A stretch of DNA of 64,000 bases, taken from assembly GCF_004010195.1 (NCBI RefSeq), contig NC_057760.1, positions 3,151,954-3,215,953 on the forward strand, written 5' to 3'. The position numbers were made by a program, and so were the translations under genes. How positions within the stretch are numbered: the first letter of the stretch is position 1; each line of letters begins with the position of its first letter. The notes under the pieces were generated by a model. That model did not search any database. It saw nothing but the letters and a program-made list of their open reading frames with translations, and was not told where the DNA came from. This DNA is from Chiloscyllium plagiosum (lineage: Eukaryota). Shown piece after piece: positions 25,040-37,551 of the stretch.

Positions 25040-27820
25040 TGTGAAATAACTCAAAAGAGACTGGTATGATGTCACCGAGTCACCCTTTATTTACATGTGG
25101 AAAGTCCTCGACACTGATCCAGCTCCCTCAGAGCCAGCCCTCAGAGTGGGCACTCCTGTTCTTTTTTCTTTTAATTTACCGCCTAACTGCGGTAGTGTTT
25201 ATTTTCCCCAGCACCCATGGTGTGTGTTTGTGCAGGTGTGAGACACAGTGAGAGACACAAGGTGCACGAATCTTTATTCAGTTCCCCACCACCAGGAAGA
25301 AAGGAAACACCCGAGTGGCCAGTGACAAGCAGTGCCCTTCACATCAAAGGGCAGTGCTGTGTGATCAAACAGTGAAGGGGAGGGTAGGGACTAAATCAAA
25401 ATATAGTTGGAGGGAGAAATGATGCACTCCACTCCCTGCGGCGCCCACCTCTCCCTGAACAACTCCAGGGTGTCGGTGGTTACCGCATGCTCCTTCTCCA
25501 AGGACACCCGGGCCCTAACGTAACCGCGGAAGAGGGGCAGGCAGTCGGCCCTAACGACCCCCTCCACGGCCCGCTGCCTCGACCTGTTTATGGCCAGTTT
25601 GGCCAGAGACGCTCCTGTTCGTTTTTTAGCCTCTGGCACTCCTGTTTATTTCTTTTTTCTTTTTTTGTATTTCTTTTCCCCAACACCCATGGTGTGTGTG
25701 TGTGCAGGTGAGAGACACAAGATGTACGAATCTTTATTCAGTATCCACCACCAGGAAGAAAGGAAATACCCGAGTGGCCAGTGACAAGCAGTGCCCTTCA
25801 CATCAAAGGGCAATGCTGTGTGATCAAACAGTGAAGGGGAGGGCAGGGATTAAATCAGAATACACTCCTGTTCTTCTTTTTTTTTTCAGCCAATGAGGGG
25901 TAGCCAGATTCCGTTCACTCCTATTGGTTGGAGGACCAACCTCTCCCGGGGTTTTTTTTTTTTCTCTCTTTTTTTTTCTTTTTTCTTTTTTTTTTTCTTC
26001 TATCCCACACTACCACCTAAGTGCGGTAGTGCTTATTTTTTCCCCAGCACCCATGGTGTGTGTGTGCAGGTGGGAGACACAGTGAAAGACACAAGGTGCA
26101 CGAATCTTTATTCAATTTCCACCACCAGGAAGATAGGAAAACACCCGGGTGGCCAGTGACAAACACTGCCCTTCTCATCAAAGGGCAGTGCTGTGTGATC
26201 AAAAACAGTGAAGGGGAGGGTAGGGATTAAATCAAAATACACTCCTGTTCTTATTTGTCAGCCAGGGCTCCCTGATTGGACCAGATTAACAGCCCTCCCC
26301 CATTAAGGGAATTTATATTCTATGAGGTCCACCTGACTGATCTTGTTACAATTACTACATCCCTCACCCTCTGAGTCCAAGGACAGAGGTCAGTTCCTTT
26401 TTTTTTGCAGCTCCTGCTGAGGCATTTTAGCAGCAGGTCAGCTTCTCCAACGCTGCCTTAGATACAGTCAGCATGTTAATGCACAGTAACCGCCACCGCT
26501 CCCACCCCCGATCTCCGATTTTCGCCCAGAGCACCTTGGAAGACATTCATTCTCTTCTTCAGGTGGCAAAGACATTGAGGCAGCAGCATCCACCATGTCA
26601 TCTCGGTTGCAAGGTATCGTCATTGCTTGATGGAGAGGGAGAACCCAGGGATACTGGAACAATCAAAATGGCTGTCGAGGAGCAGGGCATGTTTTGCTCT
26701 CACACTGTTTGCAAGCTTGTAGCTTTCATATGGTCCACGTGCTTGTTCAGGACCCTTGACCTAACGTCACATCGACCATGCCTCTTACCCATGGTTCCTA
26801 AACCAAACTCTGTCCCATGAAGTAAACCGTCTCTCTCGCTTACAGGAGGCTTGTGTCTTGCATTGGTGTTCCTGATACTACTTCCGTGCTGCACAGGGAG
26901 GTATTGCATGTCAATAGTGGGTCTCACTTGGAATCATAGCGTGCCACCACTTTAAAGGATGATACTTGCTCTTCACTTCCCTGAAGGCTATGGCTTGGCT
27001 ATGTGACCATTTCCAAGATGTAAAGGTGTTAGGATGGAGGCCAGGTTATATATGAACTTTCATAATTATTCACCAGCCCCAGGCAAGACTTATACTCCAG
27101 AACAGACATGGGAGCTGGGGCACCTTTGATTGCCCTCACTCTACCTTCCAGCGGGTTGACTCTGTAGCCCAGGTAGATAACTTGGGATGCCTGGAACACA
27201 TTTATCCCTTCTAAGGCATACACCCGCTTGGGAGAAATGTTTAAAGTCCTCTTAGTTATGCTTATTGGTCTTCCCTGTTATTAGCATATCATCTGGATAA
27301 ATGATGACCAGGGGATCAACCTTATAAAATATTCTCCATCGTCCTATTTAGGTCAGGCTTGGAGGGTCGAAGGACCTGTTCCTGGGCTGTAGATTTTCTT
27401 TGTTCTTTGTCTGCTGATAATACCTCAAGTGGCAAGCTCATTTATTGGTACAAACTCATATGGGGTTAATTGTAGCATGTTTCTGGGAATCCTCGCCCAA
27501 CTGCAATTGCAAATACCCATGGCTCATGTCCAGCTTCATGGAGGACAGCTCTCTCCCCCCCCACCCCCCACCACCACTGCCACCTTTGTGTATAAATCCT
27601 CGAAGCGAGGGACTGAATATTTATCCAGCAGCGAAAATTGCTTTGCTGTTTGTTTAAGATGTCCACAAGGATGGACCGGCCCATCAGGCTTCACAATTGG
27701 TACGATTGGTATTGCCCATTCTGAAAACTTTGATTTGCTGGAATGCCCAGACTAATAACCCCAGTCAGGGAACTCATTTTGTATGAGGTCCACCTGGCTG
27801 ACCTTGTTACAATCAGTACG
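25040..27820 (-). mobile_element. Decayed, internally deleted Gypsy LTR retrotransposon
   Basis: LTR ~25040-26359 ending TTACAATTACTACA followed by a PPT complement TCCCTCACCCTC; partial second LTR ~27748-27820; RT remnants FSEWAIPIVPIVKPDG and YLGYRV..LEGRVRAIKGAPAP..CLGLVNNY; integrase tail KHVDHMK. Confidence 0.75.
25161..26238 (-). mobile_element. Three stacked 5'-truncated Tx1-like LINE 3' ends
   Basis: Three copies of the same 3'UTR with T-rich tails; the first carries an ORF2 C-terminus LAKLAINRSRQRAVEG...ELFRERW resembling Tx1. Confidence 0.7.
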
Positions 27821-29184
27821 TATTACACCTTTCGAAACGCACAAGGGCATCAGATATTTGTTAATACAGCCATCCATAAGATACCCTCCAAGCTATTCAC
27901 CATCCTGACTTGGAAGTGCATCACTGCTTCTTCACTATTGCTGGGTCAAAATCCTGCAACTCCTGAATGACACTGTGGGTCTTCTTACGCTAAATGGTTT
28001 GCAATAGTTCAAGGTTGTAGCTCACCTCATCTTCACAAGGGCTACTAGGGCTGGGCAACAAATACTGGGAAGAACACTCTCATCCTATACACAAATACCA
28101 GTGAATTCAAGGCTGCAATTTCATTGGGTGGAGTTTTTATATAGAATAACGATACCTTACTGCCTGAAAGATTTAGTTGAAATCCATATGTGAGTTACTG
28201 TGGGGTGGAATTTAACTGGGGAAGCCCATGTGTTCTTATTGATTTGTGGACTAAATGGCAAAAGGTTTGTTTTAAAGCCAAAGGGGGGGGGGGAAGAATT
28301 TCTGTATTTTTGTAAACATGTTAGTGGAACTCATTGTGAGCTATGTTTACATTTCTGCTTTGTTCAAGCATGGGGAGAGGCGAGCTAAGAGTCCACAGCA
28401 GCAGGGGTTGTGTGTGTGTGCAGGGTGAGATTCAGCCAGCAGCAAGTTGTGCAAATATTACCAGTTTGTAGATGCCAGAAGACATCAGTCTGACGGCAGC
28501 TCTATTATTACCTGCAGAGTGTTTTCTGTCGACCTGAGTCTATCAGATAGGTAAATTGGAGACTTTGATCAAATATTTAACTTTTTTAATGATCACGAGA
28601 ACAGTGCTTGAGCATCAACGCACTTTTTCAAATGGATTGTAACAGTAATAAGAGAGACCTGGGACTGAGTCGCAATTTGGAATCTAATCAGTTGGTTTGT
28701 TAATAGACTAATAGGTAGCACAGGAGTGGAATCTAATCACGGGTTCAGTTCTTCCTGTCTATGACAAGGACTGAATTATAATACACAAGAAGCAATTTTT
28801 TCCAGTGGTGGAATGCTGGTAACTGGAGAATTTATATATAGACAAATGAACCAAAGATAAGGATATTATTTCTAAAGAATAAATTGTGATCTGGAATGCA
28901 CTGCCTGACCTGTTGTGTCTCTGACTCTGTCTCACTCTGACCCGGCCTCTCATTCTCCCCTTGTTATTCTCAATATTAACATCATCACTAATTCCATTGC
29001 CCCTTTCACCTCCTTAGCCAATACTCTCTCTGCCCTTGTTTCCATGTTTTCTGTCCTTGTCTGTCTGTCCCTCTCTCTGCCCCTGATCTTGTCCCTCTTT
29101 CTGCCCATCCTTTTCTCTCTCTGCTCCATCTTTCTCTCTACCATACCTCTCTCTCTGGCCCTAATAGACTCTTGGACATTTATA

Positions 29185-31600
29185 GCACAGAGACCATTCA
29201 GCCATCATAACCTTATACACTTCTATTAGATCATCTCTCAACCGTTGCTGTTCTAAGGAGACCAACCCAAATCTACCCATTCATTCCTTACAGCTCAAAC
29301 TCTCTGGCCTAGGCAGCATCTTTGTAAATCTCCTCTGCTCCTTTTGGTGCATTCACATCCTGACCATAATGTGGGGACCAGAATTGCACACAGTACACCA
29401 GATGTGGCCACAGCAGCACTTTATACAGATCCAGCATAACCTCCTTGCTCTTGTGTGCCAGACCTCAGCTAATAAAGGCAGGTATTCCACACGTCTTCTT
29501 AACCACCTTATCTACATGCCATGCCACCTTTAGGCACCTGTAGAACTGTTCACCAAGGTCACTCAGTACTTACAGGGTCCTTTCATTCAACTGTGTAATC
29601 CCTTGCCTTGTTAGGCCTCTCCAAGTGCAATACTTTACACTTTTCCTGATTGAATTCTATTTGCCACTATCCTGCTGAGCTGACCATCATCCTCCTGCAC
29701 TTTACGGCTACCCCTCTCACTATTTATCACCTGACCAATGTTTGTGTCATGTGCAAACTTGTTGATGGTACTCTTCCCCCCCCATTTAAGTCCAAATCAT
29801 TAATATATACCACAAGTGGTAAGGGCCCCAGCACCAAGCTCTATGGAACTTCATTAGAAACAAATTTCTATTCACAGAAATATGCTTCACTCATCACCCT
29901 CTGCTTCCTGCCTCACAGCCAATTTTGGATCTGATGTGTCTCCTTGTCTTGGATCCCATGAATTCACATTTTTGACCAATTTGCCATGAGGGATCTTATC
30001 AAAAGCCTTGCTAAAGCCCATGTAGACCACATCAACTCATAGAGATGTACAGCATGAAAACAGGCTTCTGTCCAACCCGTCCATGCCGACCAGATTTCCT
30101 AAATTAATCTAGTTCCATTTGCCAGCATTTGGCCCATATCCCCCCAAACCCTTCCAAATCATATACCCATCTAGATGCCTTTTAAAAGTTGTAATTGTAC
30201 CAGCCTCCACCACTTCCTCTGGCAGCTCATTCCATACGTGCACCACCCTCTGTATGAAAAAGATGCCCCTTAGGTCCTTTTAAATCTTTCCCATCTCACC
30301 CTAAACCTATGCCCTCTAGTTCTGGATTCCCGATTATCTGTTTACCCTATCCATGCCCCTCATGATTTTATAACCTCCATAAGGTCACCCCTCAGCCTCC
30401 AATACTCCAGGGAAAACAGCCCCAGTCTATTCAGCTCTCCCTGTAGCTCAAATCCTCCAATTCTGGCAACATCCTTGTAAAGCTTTTCTGAACCCTTTCA
30501 AGTTTCACAACAGCCTGCCTATAGCAGGGAGACCAGAATTGCACGCAGTACTCCAAAAGTAATGTGCCCAAACAATGTGCTGTACAGCCGCAACATGACC
30601 CTCCCAACTCCTGTACTCAATGTACTGACCGATAACAACAAACATACCAAACGCCTTCTTCACTATCCTGTCTACCTGCGACCCCACTTTCAAGGAGCTA
30701 TGAACCATCACTCCAAGGTCTCTTTGTTCAGCACCACTCCCCAAGACCTTATCATTAAGCGTATAAGTCCTGTCCAATTTGCCTTTCCAAAATGCAGCAC
30801 CTCACATTAAATGCATTACTTTTACTCCTGGTTTCCACCACAAAAAATTTGATATAAGTTGTCAAACATGACTTTCCCTTAACATGTCCATGCTGAGTAC
30901 ATGTGATTAATCTGTATATCTCTGAGTGCAGATATCTTCTATCCCTCAGCATTCTTTCTAATAACATCCCCCTTAGACTAATTGGCTTTCCTGGCTGCCG
31001 GTTCCGGTAATTTGTTGTAGTGGCCAGTGTATTGGATCTAGAAGCATGGCACTCATCAACAAACACCTAATATAGCTAAGAGACCTAATATACAGGCCAC
31101 TACAGTGAACTAATGGGACCGACAACCTGAAGCAGCAGGAACAGAACCAAATTCCAGAAGACACAGTACAGCAGTACCTCACAGGAGGTTCCAAAGCACT
31201 GTACATGTCACCGAGACAGGGGACAAAATGTCTGCAAATCAACTTCCCAGCTCGGCGAACATACCCACAACAACGGTAAAGTATTCATTTCAGACTGTGC
31301 CTATGTCTTCTGGATCAAGACACACATTATCTCCAAGGTCCCTAATAGGTCCTACTCTTTCTTTAATTATTCTCTTGCTCTTTATGTGGTTAAAAAGTCC
31401 CACTGGATTTTCCTTTATCCTACCAGCCAATGCTTATACACTCTCTTTGATTTCCTAAATTCCTCATTATGATCCTCCTCCCCTGCACTTTATAGACTTC
31501 TCTGGGGGTCTCTGCCTTGGTGAACCTTTGATATCTGCTATAAGCTTCTCTTTTCTTTTTAATCCTAACATTTATGTCCTTTGATATCAGGGTTCCCTGA
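29185..31600 (-). mobile_element. Nested CR1 LINE fragments (younger copy ~30037-30810 within an older copy)
   Basis: RTYTLNDKVLGSGAEQRDLGVMVHSSLKV; TQHGHVKGKSCLT. Confidence 0.8.
30992..31275 (+). mobile_element. Penelope/Poseidon-like end fragment with short inverted 5' piece
   Basis: Homologous to 56150-56400; ~30996-31040 is the reverse complement of ~31083-31130-type sequence. Confidence 0.7.
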
Positions 31601-32253
31601 TCTCTCTGTCATGTCTCTCCCCCTCTGCCCCCACCTCATCTTTCTTGGTCTCCTGTCTCTTTTTCTCTGCCCTTGTCCTTTTTCTCTCTGCCCATCTCTC
31701 TCTCTCTCTGCACACCCTTCTATCCCTCTACAGTCCTGCCTCCCTCTCCGAGTCTGGCCCAGTCTCCCTGTCTCTGTCTCCTCTCTTTGTCTGGCCCTCT
31801 CTCTCTCTCTCTCTCTCTCCCCAGCTTTGCAATCTGTCTCTGCTCCTTAATATGGAGCCGCAATACACTGCATGGTAAAGACCAGTCCTACATTATCCAT
31901 TTCGAGAGGGTACTGTCATGCAAGCTCTGGCTAACTATCAGCTGTCTCCAACCCACCCACTGGTCGGCTGTCTAATGCTGTGAAATTGTCAACTATCTAA
32001 GAAATCTAATCTTTGTGCATTATTCCAGCCTTCGCTCCTGTGGGACCACTTTCTGTCTGATTCACTCTGGTGTAATTAAACTTTCACAGGGCTCAGTGTG
32101 GGAGACAGGCTGCAAACTGTGAGCCCCTACCCTGGCATGGTTGAACAATTCTGCTTCCTTTAGTTGAACAACTCTGCTCAAACTGTTCCAAGTCCATGCT
32201 GGTGTCACTGTGACCAATGAAATCCACTTGACTGTTTATTTCTTTTTTTTTAG

Positions 32254-32642
32254 GTTCAGCTGAACCAGCAATTAAAGCTAATACATTGTGACGAAGTTAC
32301 CATCCTACTCTACTCCCTAATATACTGCCTTTATTTTAAATCATTAGGTATATCCCTGTCTTTGTGTGATCATCGATCGCTCTTTGATTTGGACTCCTAC
32401 TTGTTCCCCTGGCTTGTTTCCTGCTTCCTCTCTGGACTCAGCTTCCATTTGCTGTCCTGGGCCAGCTACTGCTTGTTCTCCATCTTCATCACTCTCCTTG
32501 TCCAATTCCTGCCTGTTCCGCTGAGATTCTCCATCTGGAACCTGTGTTCCCTGTGACTACCTCACTCAAGTTTCACCCCTGGATGTGACTGGCACGGTCA
32601 AACTTCCTGAAAGTACCCACACATCTCCTGAGCCAGGTCGCT
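32254..32642 (+). other. SV2A: SV2A 5'UTR portion of the first coding exon
   Basis: Strong acceptor tttctttttttttag|G at 32253/32254 followed by unique sequence up to ATG 32643. Confidence 0.6.
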
Positions 32643-33219
32643 ATGGATGACAACTTCAAAGACCGGACAGCCTTCATCAGAGGGGCCAAGGACATTGCCA
32701 AGGAAGTGAAGCGGCAGGCAGCTAAAAAGGTGGCCAAAGGTACAGACCGACTCCACGATGAGTACAGTCGGCGCTCTTACACACGATTCCAGGAAGAGGA
32801 CGATGACGATGACTACCAGCCACAATATAGCTACTCAGGTGGAAACGATGAAGAAGGAGGCTCGAGTGATGCCACTGAGGGCCATGATGAGGAAGACGAG
32901 ATCTATGAGGGGGAATATCAGGGCATCCCCCATGCCAACAAGATGGCAGATGACCACATAGCAAGCACACAGCCCATGGTGGATGATTTCAGGGACTATG
33001 AGGAGATGGAAGGTGAACGGGAGAAGGAGAAGGAACAGCTGGCCCAGCAGTATGAGCTCATCTTACAGGAATGTGGTCATGGCCGCTTCCAGTGGACTTT
33101 GTACTTTGTTCTGGGCCTGGCACTCATGGCAGATGGGGTGGAGGTCTTTGTGGTTGGGTTTGTGCTGCCTAGTGCTGAGAAGGACATGTGTTTATCTGAC
33201 TCCAACAAAGGCATGCTCG
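32643..33219 (+). CDS. SV2A: Synaptic vesicle glycoprotein 2A, coding exon 1
   Basis: MDDNFKDRTAFIRGAKDIAKEVKRQAAKK...SSDATEGHDEEDEIYEGEYQGIP...ECGHGRFQWTLYFVLGLALMADGVEVFVVGFVLPSAEKDMCLSDSNKGML G|gtaag. Confidence 0.95.
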
Positions 33220-35043
33220 GTAAGTACAAGGAGCATTCAATCCAAAACTGCTCAAACAGAATCAATGGAATTCATATAAGTATATATATATATGCTCAGG
33301 GGCCTGCTCCTCTGTGTCTATTTGTGTAGTTCCCAGACACTGCTGTGTGACCCACATACTGCTCTGTTGCCTTTGTATGTACATGTGGGTCCAAGACCAG
33401 ACTCCACACTCTGTGTGTGTACGTGTGTGTGTAGGTTTGATACCTTCTCCCAGTGTTTGTTCGGTTGCTGGGGTCTGTGTGTGGTCTACATACACACACA
33501 GTGCTGCAGGGTCTTAGACATATACACACACAGAGCAGACTGTTGACTGAGACTGCTCACATACTCAAGGTGTTTTAGAGGCTGTTGGTGTCACAGTTTT
33601 CAATCAGCACAAGTGCATCTCACAATGACAGTGACCCACTCTTCAGGGACATAGAATAAAAAGAGCATTAAATCAGAGCAGTCCAACACCATTCACATAT
33701 CCTTCATCATCTCACTGTAACTCAGAGAGGGACATGCTGTCTCAGGGGTCCTCATCATTTCAAGGCTGTGAAATAGAATTATATATTCTCACTAGTGTAA
33801 CTGATTTAGTATCCTTTACATGCCTCCCAGACTCATCCTTTGAATTACTTCAAATTACAGAGACTAAAATTTGGGAGACTAACCAAGAATAATGGAATAG
33901 TCAAATCTAGAGTTAACAAAGGGATGAATAATGAGGACTTCAGGTTAATTGAGATGGGTGGAGCAGGTCAATGTTGTGAAACAGACTTCCTTGGTTATAG
34001 AGTAGCTATCTGGTCAGATGCTCATCTCAGGGTCAAATGTGATGCAAAATTTTAAATAACATGATCAGACTCAGTTACCTGGAGGATGGGTAGAAAAGAG
34101 ACTAAGGAACAGAATTTGTGTTGATAACCAAAGCCAATGGCTTTAGCCTTCCCAATATTTAACTGAAGGAAATGTCTCCTCATCCATTAGACTATGTATG
34201 ACCAGAGAAATGGAGAATATAATGAAACAATAAAAGAGTGCATGATTCCCATCAGGGGAATTCTTTGTGAGGGTCAGGCCAAATACAATATGTTGATAGG
34301 GGAAATGAAGTGGAAAAAGTAAGACTGACAAACAAAAAGAATATGGGAACAGAATGGCAGTTAACAGTGAAGCCAAAACGTCTTGTAGCAACATATAAAT
34401 CATACGTCAGTCATAAACAACAGAGGGTTCCTATTCAGGACAAAAAGGGTGGTCAACGCTTACTGGTGCAAGATATAATATATCATAAGTACTTTGCATC
34501 AGTGATTAAGGAAGAATGAACTGATAAAATTAGTACGTAGAAATGGTAGTGAAGGAATGGGGTGAAAATTGATAGGAAGAATGTATTGGAAAAGAGTGGA
34601 TAAATCACTTAAAATTAAAGAAAATGAGCAGTGGAGACATTAAAGGGCTTGTCATAATCTTCCAATCTGCCCTGGGCACAGGGGGAGATGCCAGAAGACT
34701 GCAGAATGGGAAATTTGACACAATTATTGAAGAAAGAGGGTGAAGATATTCTTAGTTAAGTTCTGAGGAAGTGTCACTCTGGACCCAAAACGTGAACTCT
34801 GATTTCTCTCCACAGATGCTACCAGACCTGCTGAGCTTTCCCAGCAATTTCTGTTTTTGATTTCCAGCATCCACAGTTCTTTCGGGTTTTTTTCTTAGTT
34901 AAGTACTGGCAATTTAACATTACTGGTAGGAGAGCTTTTAGAAATAGCAATCCAGGAACAGGTGAGCAGGCATGAGGAGAGAGTTGTATTTGTTAAGGAG
35001 ACTAGCATGAATGTGTAAAAGGCAGATTGTGCTTTACTAACTA

Positions 35044-35454
35044 CAGTAGCGCCTCGACTTACGAACTTAATCCGTTCCGGGACCCGATAGGCGAACCAAA
35101 AAGTTTGCGAACTGAATCGATTTTTCCTGTTGTTCGGATAGCGTAAGAATGCTTGGACGTAGCAATGAACGCTGTCCACAGCGCACTCGCCAAAGACAAA
35201 CTGAATGAGATCACGCGGGGCCCGAGAGCTTTTGCGTTCAACAAGTGCGTAGCAAAGCAGAACAATGAAACCGCGTGGTCGCACACGGGCTTTTTGCGTT
35301 TGTACCTTTGTTCGTACCTTGAATTTTGTACGTACGTTGAAGCAAAATTTTACGTAACAATCCTGTTCGTAAACCGATTTGTTCGTGAACGGGAATCCTG
35401 TTCGTAAACCGATTTGTTCGTGAACGGGGTCGTTCGTATGTCGAGGCGCTACTG
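35044..35454. mobile_element. Non-autonomous Tc1/mariner-pogo (Tigger-like) MITE, 411 bp
   Basis: 23-bp TIRs CAGTAGCGCCTCGAC(T/A)TACGAAC with one mismatch; TA on both flanks (35042-43, 35455-56). Confidence 0.9.
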
Positions 35455-35515
35455 TATAATTCCATTTTTTGGTGACGTTCCAGAGAAAGTAGCTGAAAGG
35501 AATACATTGTTGTCT

Positions 35516-36223
35516 TGTTATGAAGGTGTAAGGGGTACTGTACCTGTAAGAGAGTTAAAAGCTAGCAGAGCTACCTTTATAAGGTAACAATATAACATTT
35601 GGTCGAACATCTAAATTAACTGGGTTGCCTGGAGACAACAAAACAAATTCAAATTTGGCCAATCAGTTTAAATTATCCCCCAAAATACCAAACTCCAATC
35701 AAGTTTGAATTTAGTATTTTGACAATATTAAGACCGATGAAATGATCCAATGCTTTGGGGTATAAAAGCGAAACAAAATTGAACAGTTGGAGGAGAACTG
35801 CCAAAGGACCAACAGCTGTAGGCTGCGAGTGAGAACTCTCGGAGAGGTACCTGTCTGGAGAAGGAGTTTGCACAGAGAAAAAGATTGACACCAACTTGGA
35901 GAGTAAATCCACAGAGGAAGATTCAAAGAGAAGATTCAACAGCTGGCTGGTTTTGATATTTGAATTTTCCTGTAAATCTTAATCGGAGGTTTTGTCAGAC
36001 TAGCATTATAGAAGGGAAAGTAAAAGATAGGTTAGAGGAAGGAGTTGTAAAGAGTTGTTAGTTAATTATTCTCTGTTATATTTTAAGAAATAAAGTTGTT
36101 AATTTTACTTTAAATAGTTCTTGGCCTTTTGCATTTTCACAGATTATTGCACGGGGTAAATCATTTCTGTGTTGTTGGTTTAAAATTAGCGGGGGGGGGG
36201 GGTGTTTACCCCGTATTGTAACA
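35516..36223 (+). mobile_element. Solo LTR, 708 bp
   Basis: TGTTA...TAACA termini, 4-bp TSD GTCT; CCAAT boxes, TATAAAA at 35761, AATAAA at ~36089. Confidence 0.88.
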
Positions 36224-37029
36224 GTCTATAAGTGTTATTGATTTTAGATAGGTCTTTAACAATGTTCCACCACAAAAAACTCAGGTAAACAAAACTGGGG
36301 TTCATGAAATAAGAGGATCACAGTTGGATAAAAAGTGATAAGGACTGAAAATAGTGAGTTGTGTCAAATGAGTGTTTCTTAGACTAGAGAGTGACAGACA
36401 GTGAGGTTCTCCTAGGGGTCAGTGCTAGGAGCCCTGCATCCCTTTGATGTACATTAATGATGTGGAATGCAGAGTAACACTTCAAAATTTGCTGATGTTA
36501 CCAATGATCCTTGAAGCTACGATGCTGAGCATGATTCTGTTTCACTACAGACACAGAGAGACTAGCTGGATAGGCAGACTAGTTACAGGTGGAATTTAAT
36601 GTGGAGTATCAGGGAATGCACTTCAGTGATGCAGTAAATGCTGACGATCAGGAACTTGCTACCCATTAGTGTGTTGGAAGCAGACCATCAGTGTATTTGA
36701 AAGGAAATTCAGAAAAAATAACTTTAAAGAATTCGAGGATAAACAGGGGGTAAAAGACTAAGCAAGTGAACTGAAGACTCTGTTTCTGTGGAGAAATGAC
36801 CAATACCTCGAGTCTAATAGCCCTCTAAATCTCTTCTCCCTTGCTGTATCCCGATACTGCTGAGAATTCACCATGTATCTCCAGTAGGACCCTTCTTAAC
36901 TTGAAAACATTATCAATATAAGACAGGGCAATGAGTTATGAGACTTAGCGTGTGATATATGGAGTAATACTGTTCACTGAGCTACAGAAAAAAACAGTAA
37001 AGTGTGCGGTTGATCAGCCAAACAGGAGA

Positions 37030-37428
37030 TGGAAATGTGTTGCTGGAAAAGCGCAGCAGGTCAGGCAGCATCTAGGGAACAGGAGAATCGACATTTCGGG
37101 CATTAGCCCTTCCTGGAAAAGCGCAGCAGGTCAGGCAGCATCTAGGGAACAGGAGAATCGACATTTCGGGCATTAGCACTTCTGGAAAAGCGCAGCAGGT
37201 CAGGCAGCATCTAGGGAACAGGAGAATCGACGTTTCGGGCATTAGCACTTCTGGAAAAGCGCAGCAGGTCAGGCAGCATCTAGGGAACAGGAGAATCGAC
37301 GTTTCGGGCATTAGCCCTTCCTGGAAAAGCGCAGCAGGTCAGGCAGCATCTAGGGAACAGGAGAATCGACGTTTCGGGCATTAGCCCTTCGGGAACAGGA
37401 GAATCGACGTTTCGGGCATTAGCCCTTC
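37030..37428 (-). mobile_element. Tandemly reiterated Penelope-like end (5 x 69-70 bp plus a 38-bp partial) with 16-bp TSD
   Basis: TCAGCCAAACAGGAGA at 37014-37029 and 37429-37444; units start at 37043, 37113, 37182, 37251, 37321. Confidence 0.85.
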
Positions 37429-37551
37429 TCAGCCAAACAGGAGACTCAAATGTGACAGGTTAAGGACAGCCTGTGAAGAGGTTGAACTAGTTGGGTAGCT
37501 CAGTGTGCACTGAGTGTCTCATTCTGACTGTTTTTTGTTTTTCTGTTGCAG

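Larger units (their letters stand above)
34290..36780 (+). mobile_element. Highly decayed CR1 LINE hosting later insertions
   Basis: Remnants such as GGGTCAGTGCTAGGAGCCCTG, TCAAAATTTGCTGATG and AAGGCAGATTGTGCTTTACTAA. Confidence 0.6.
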
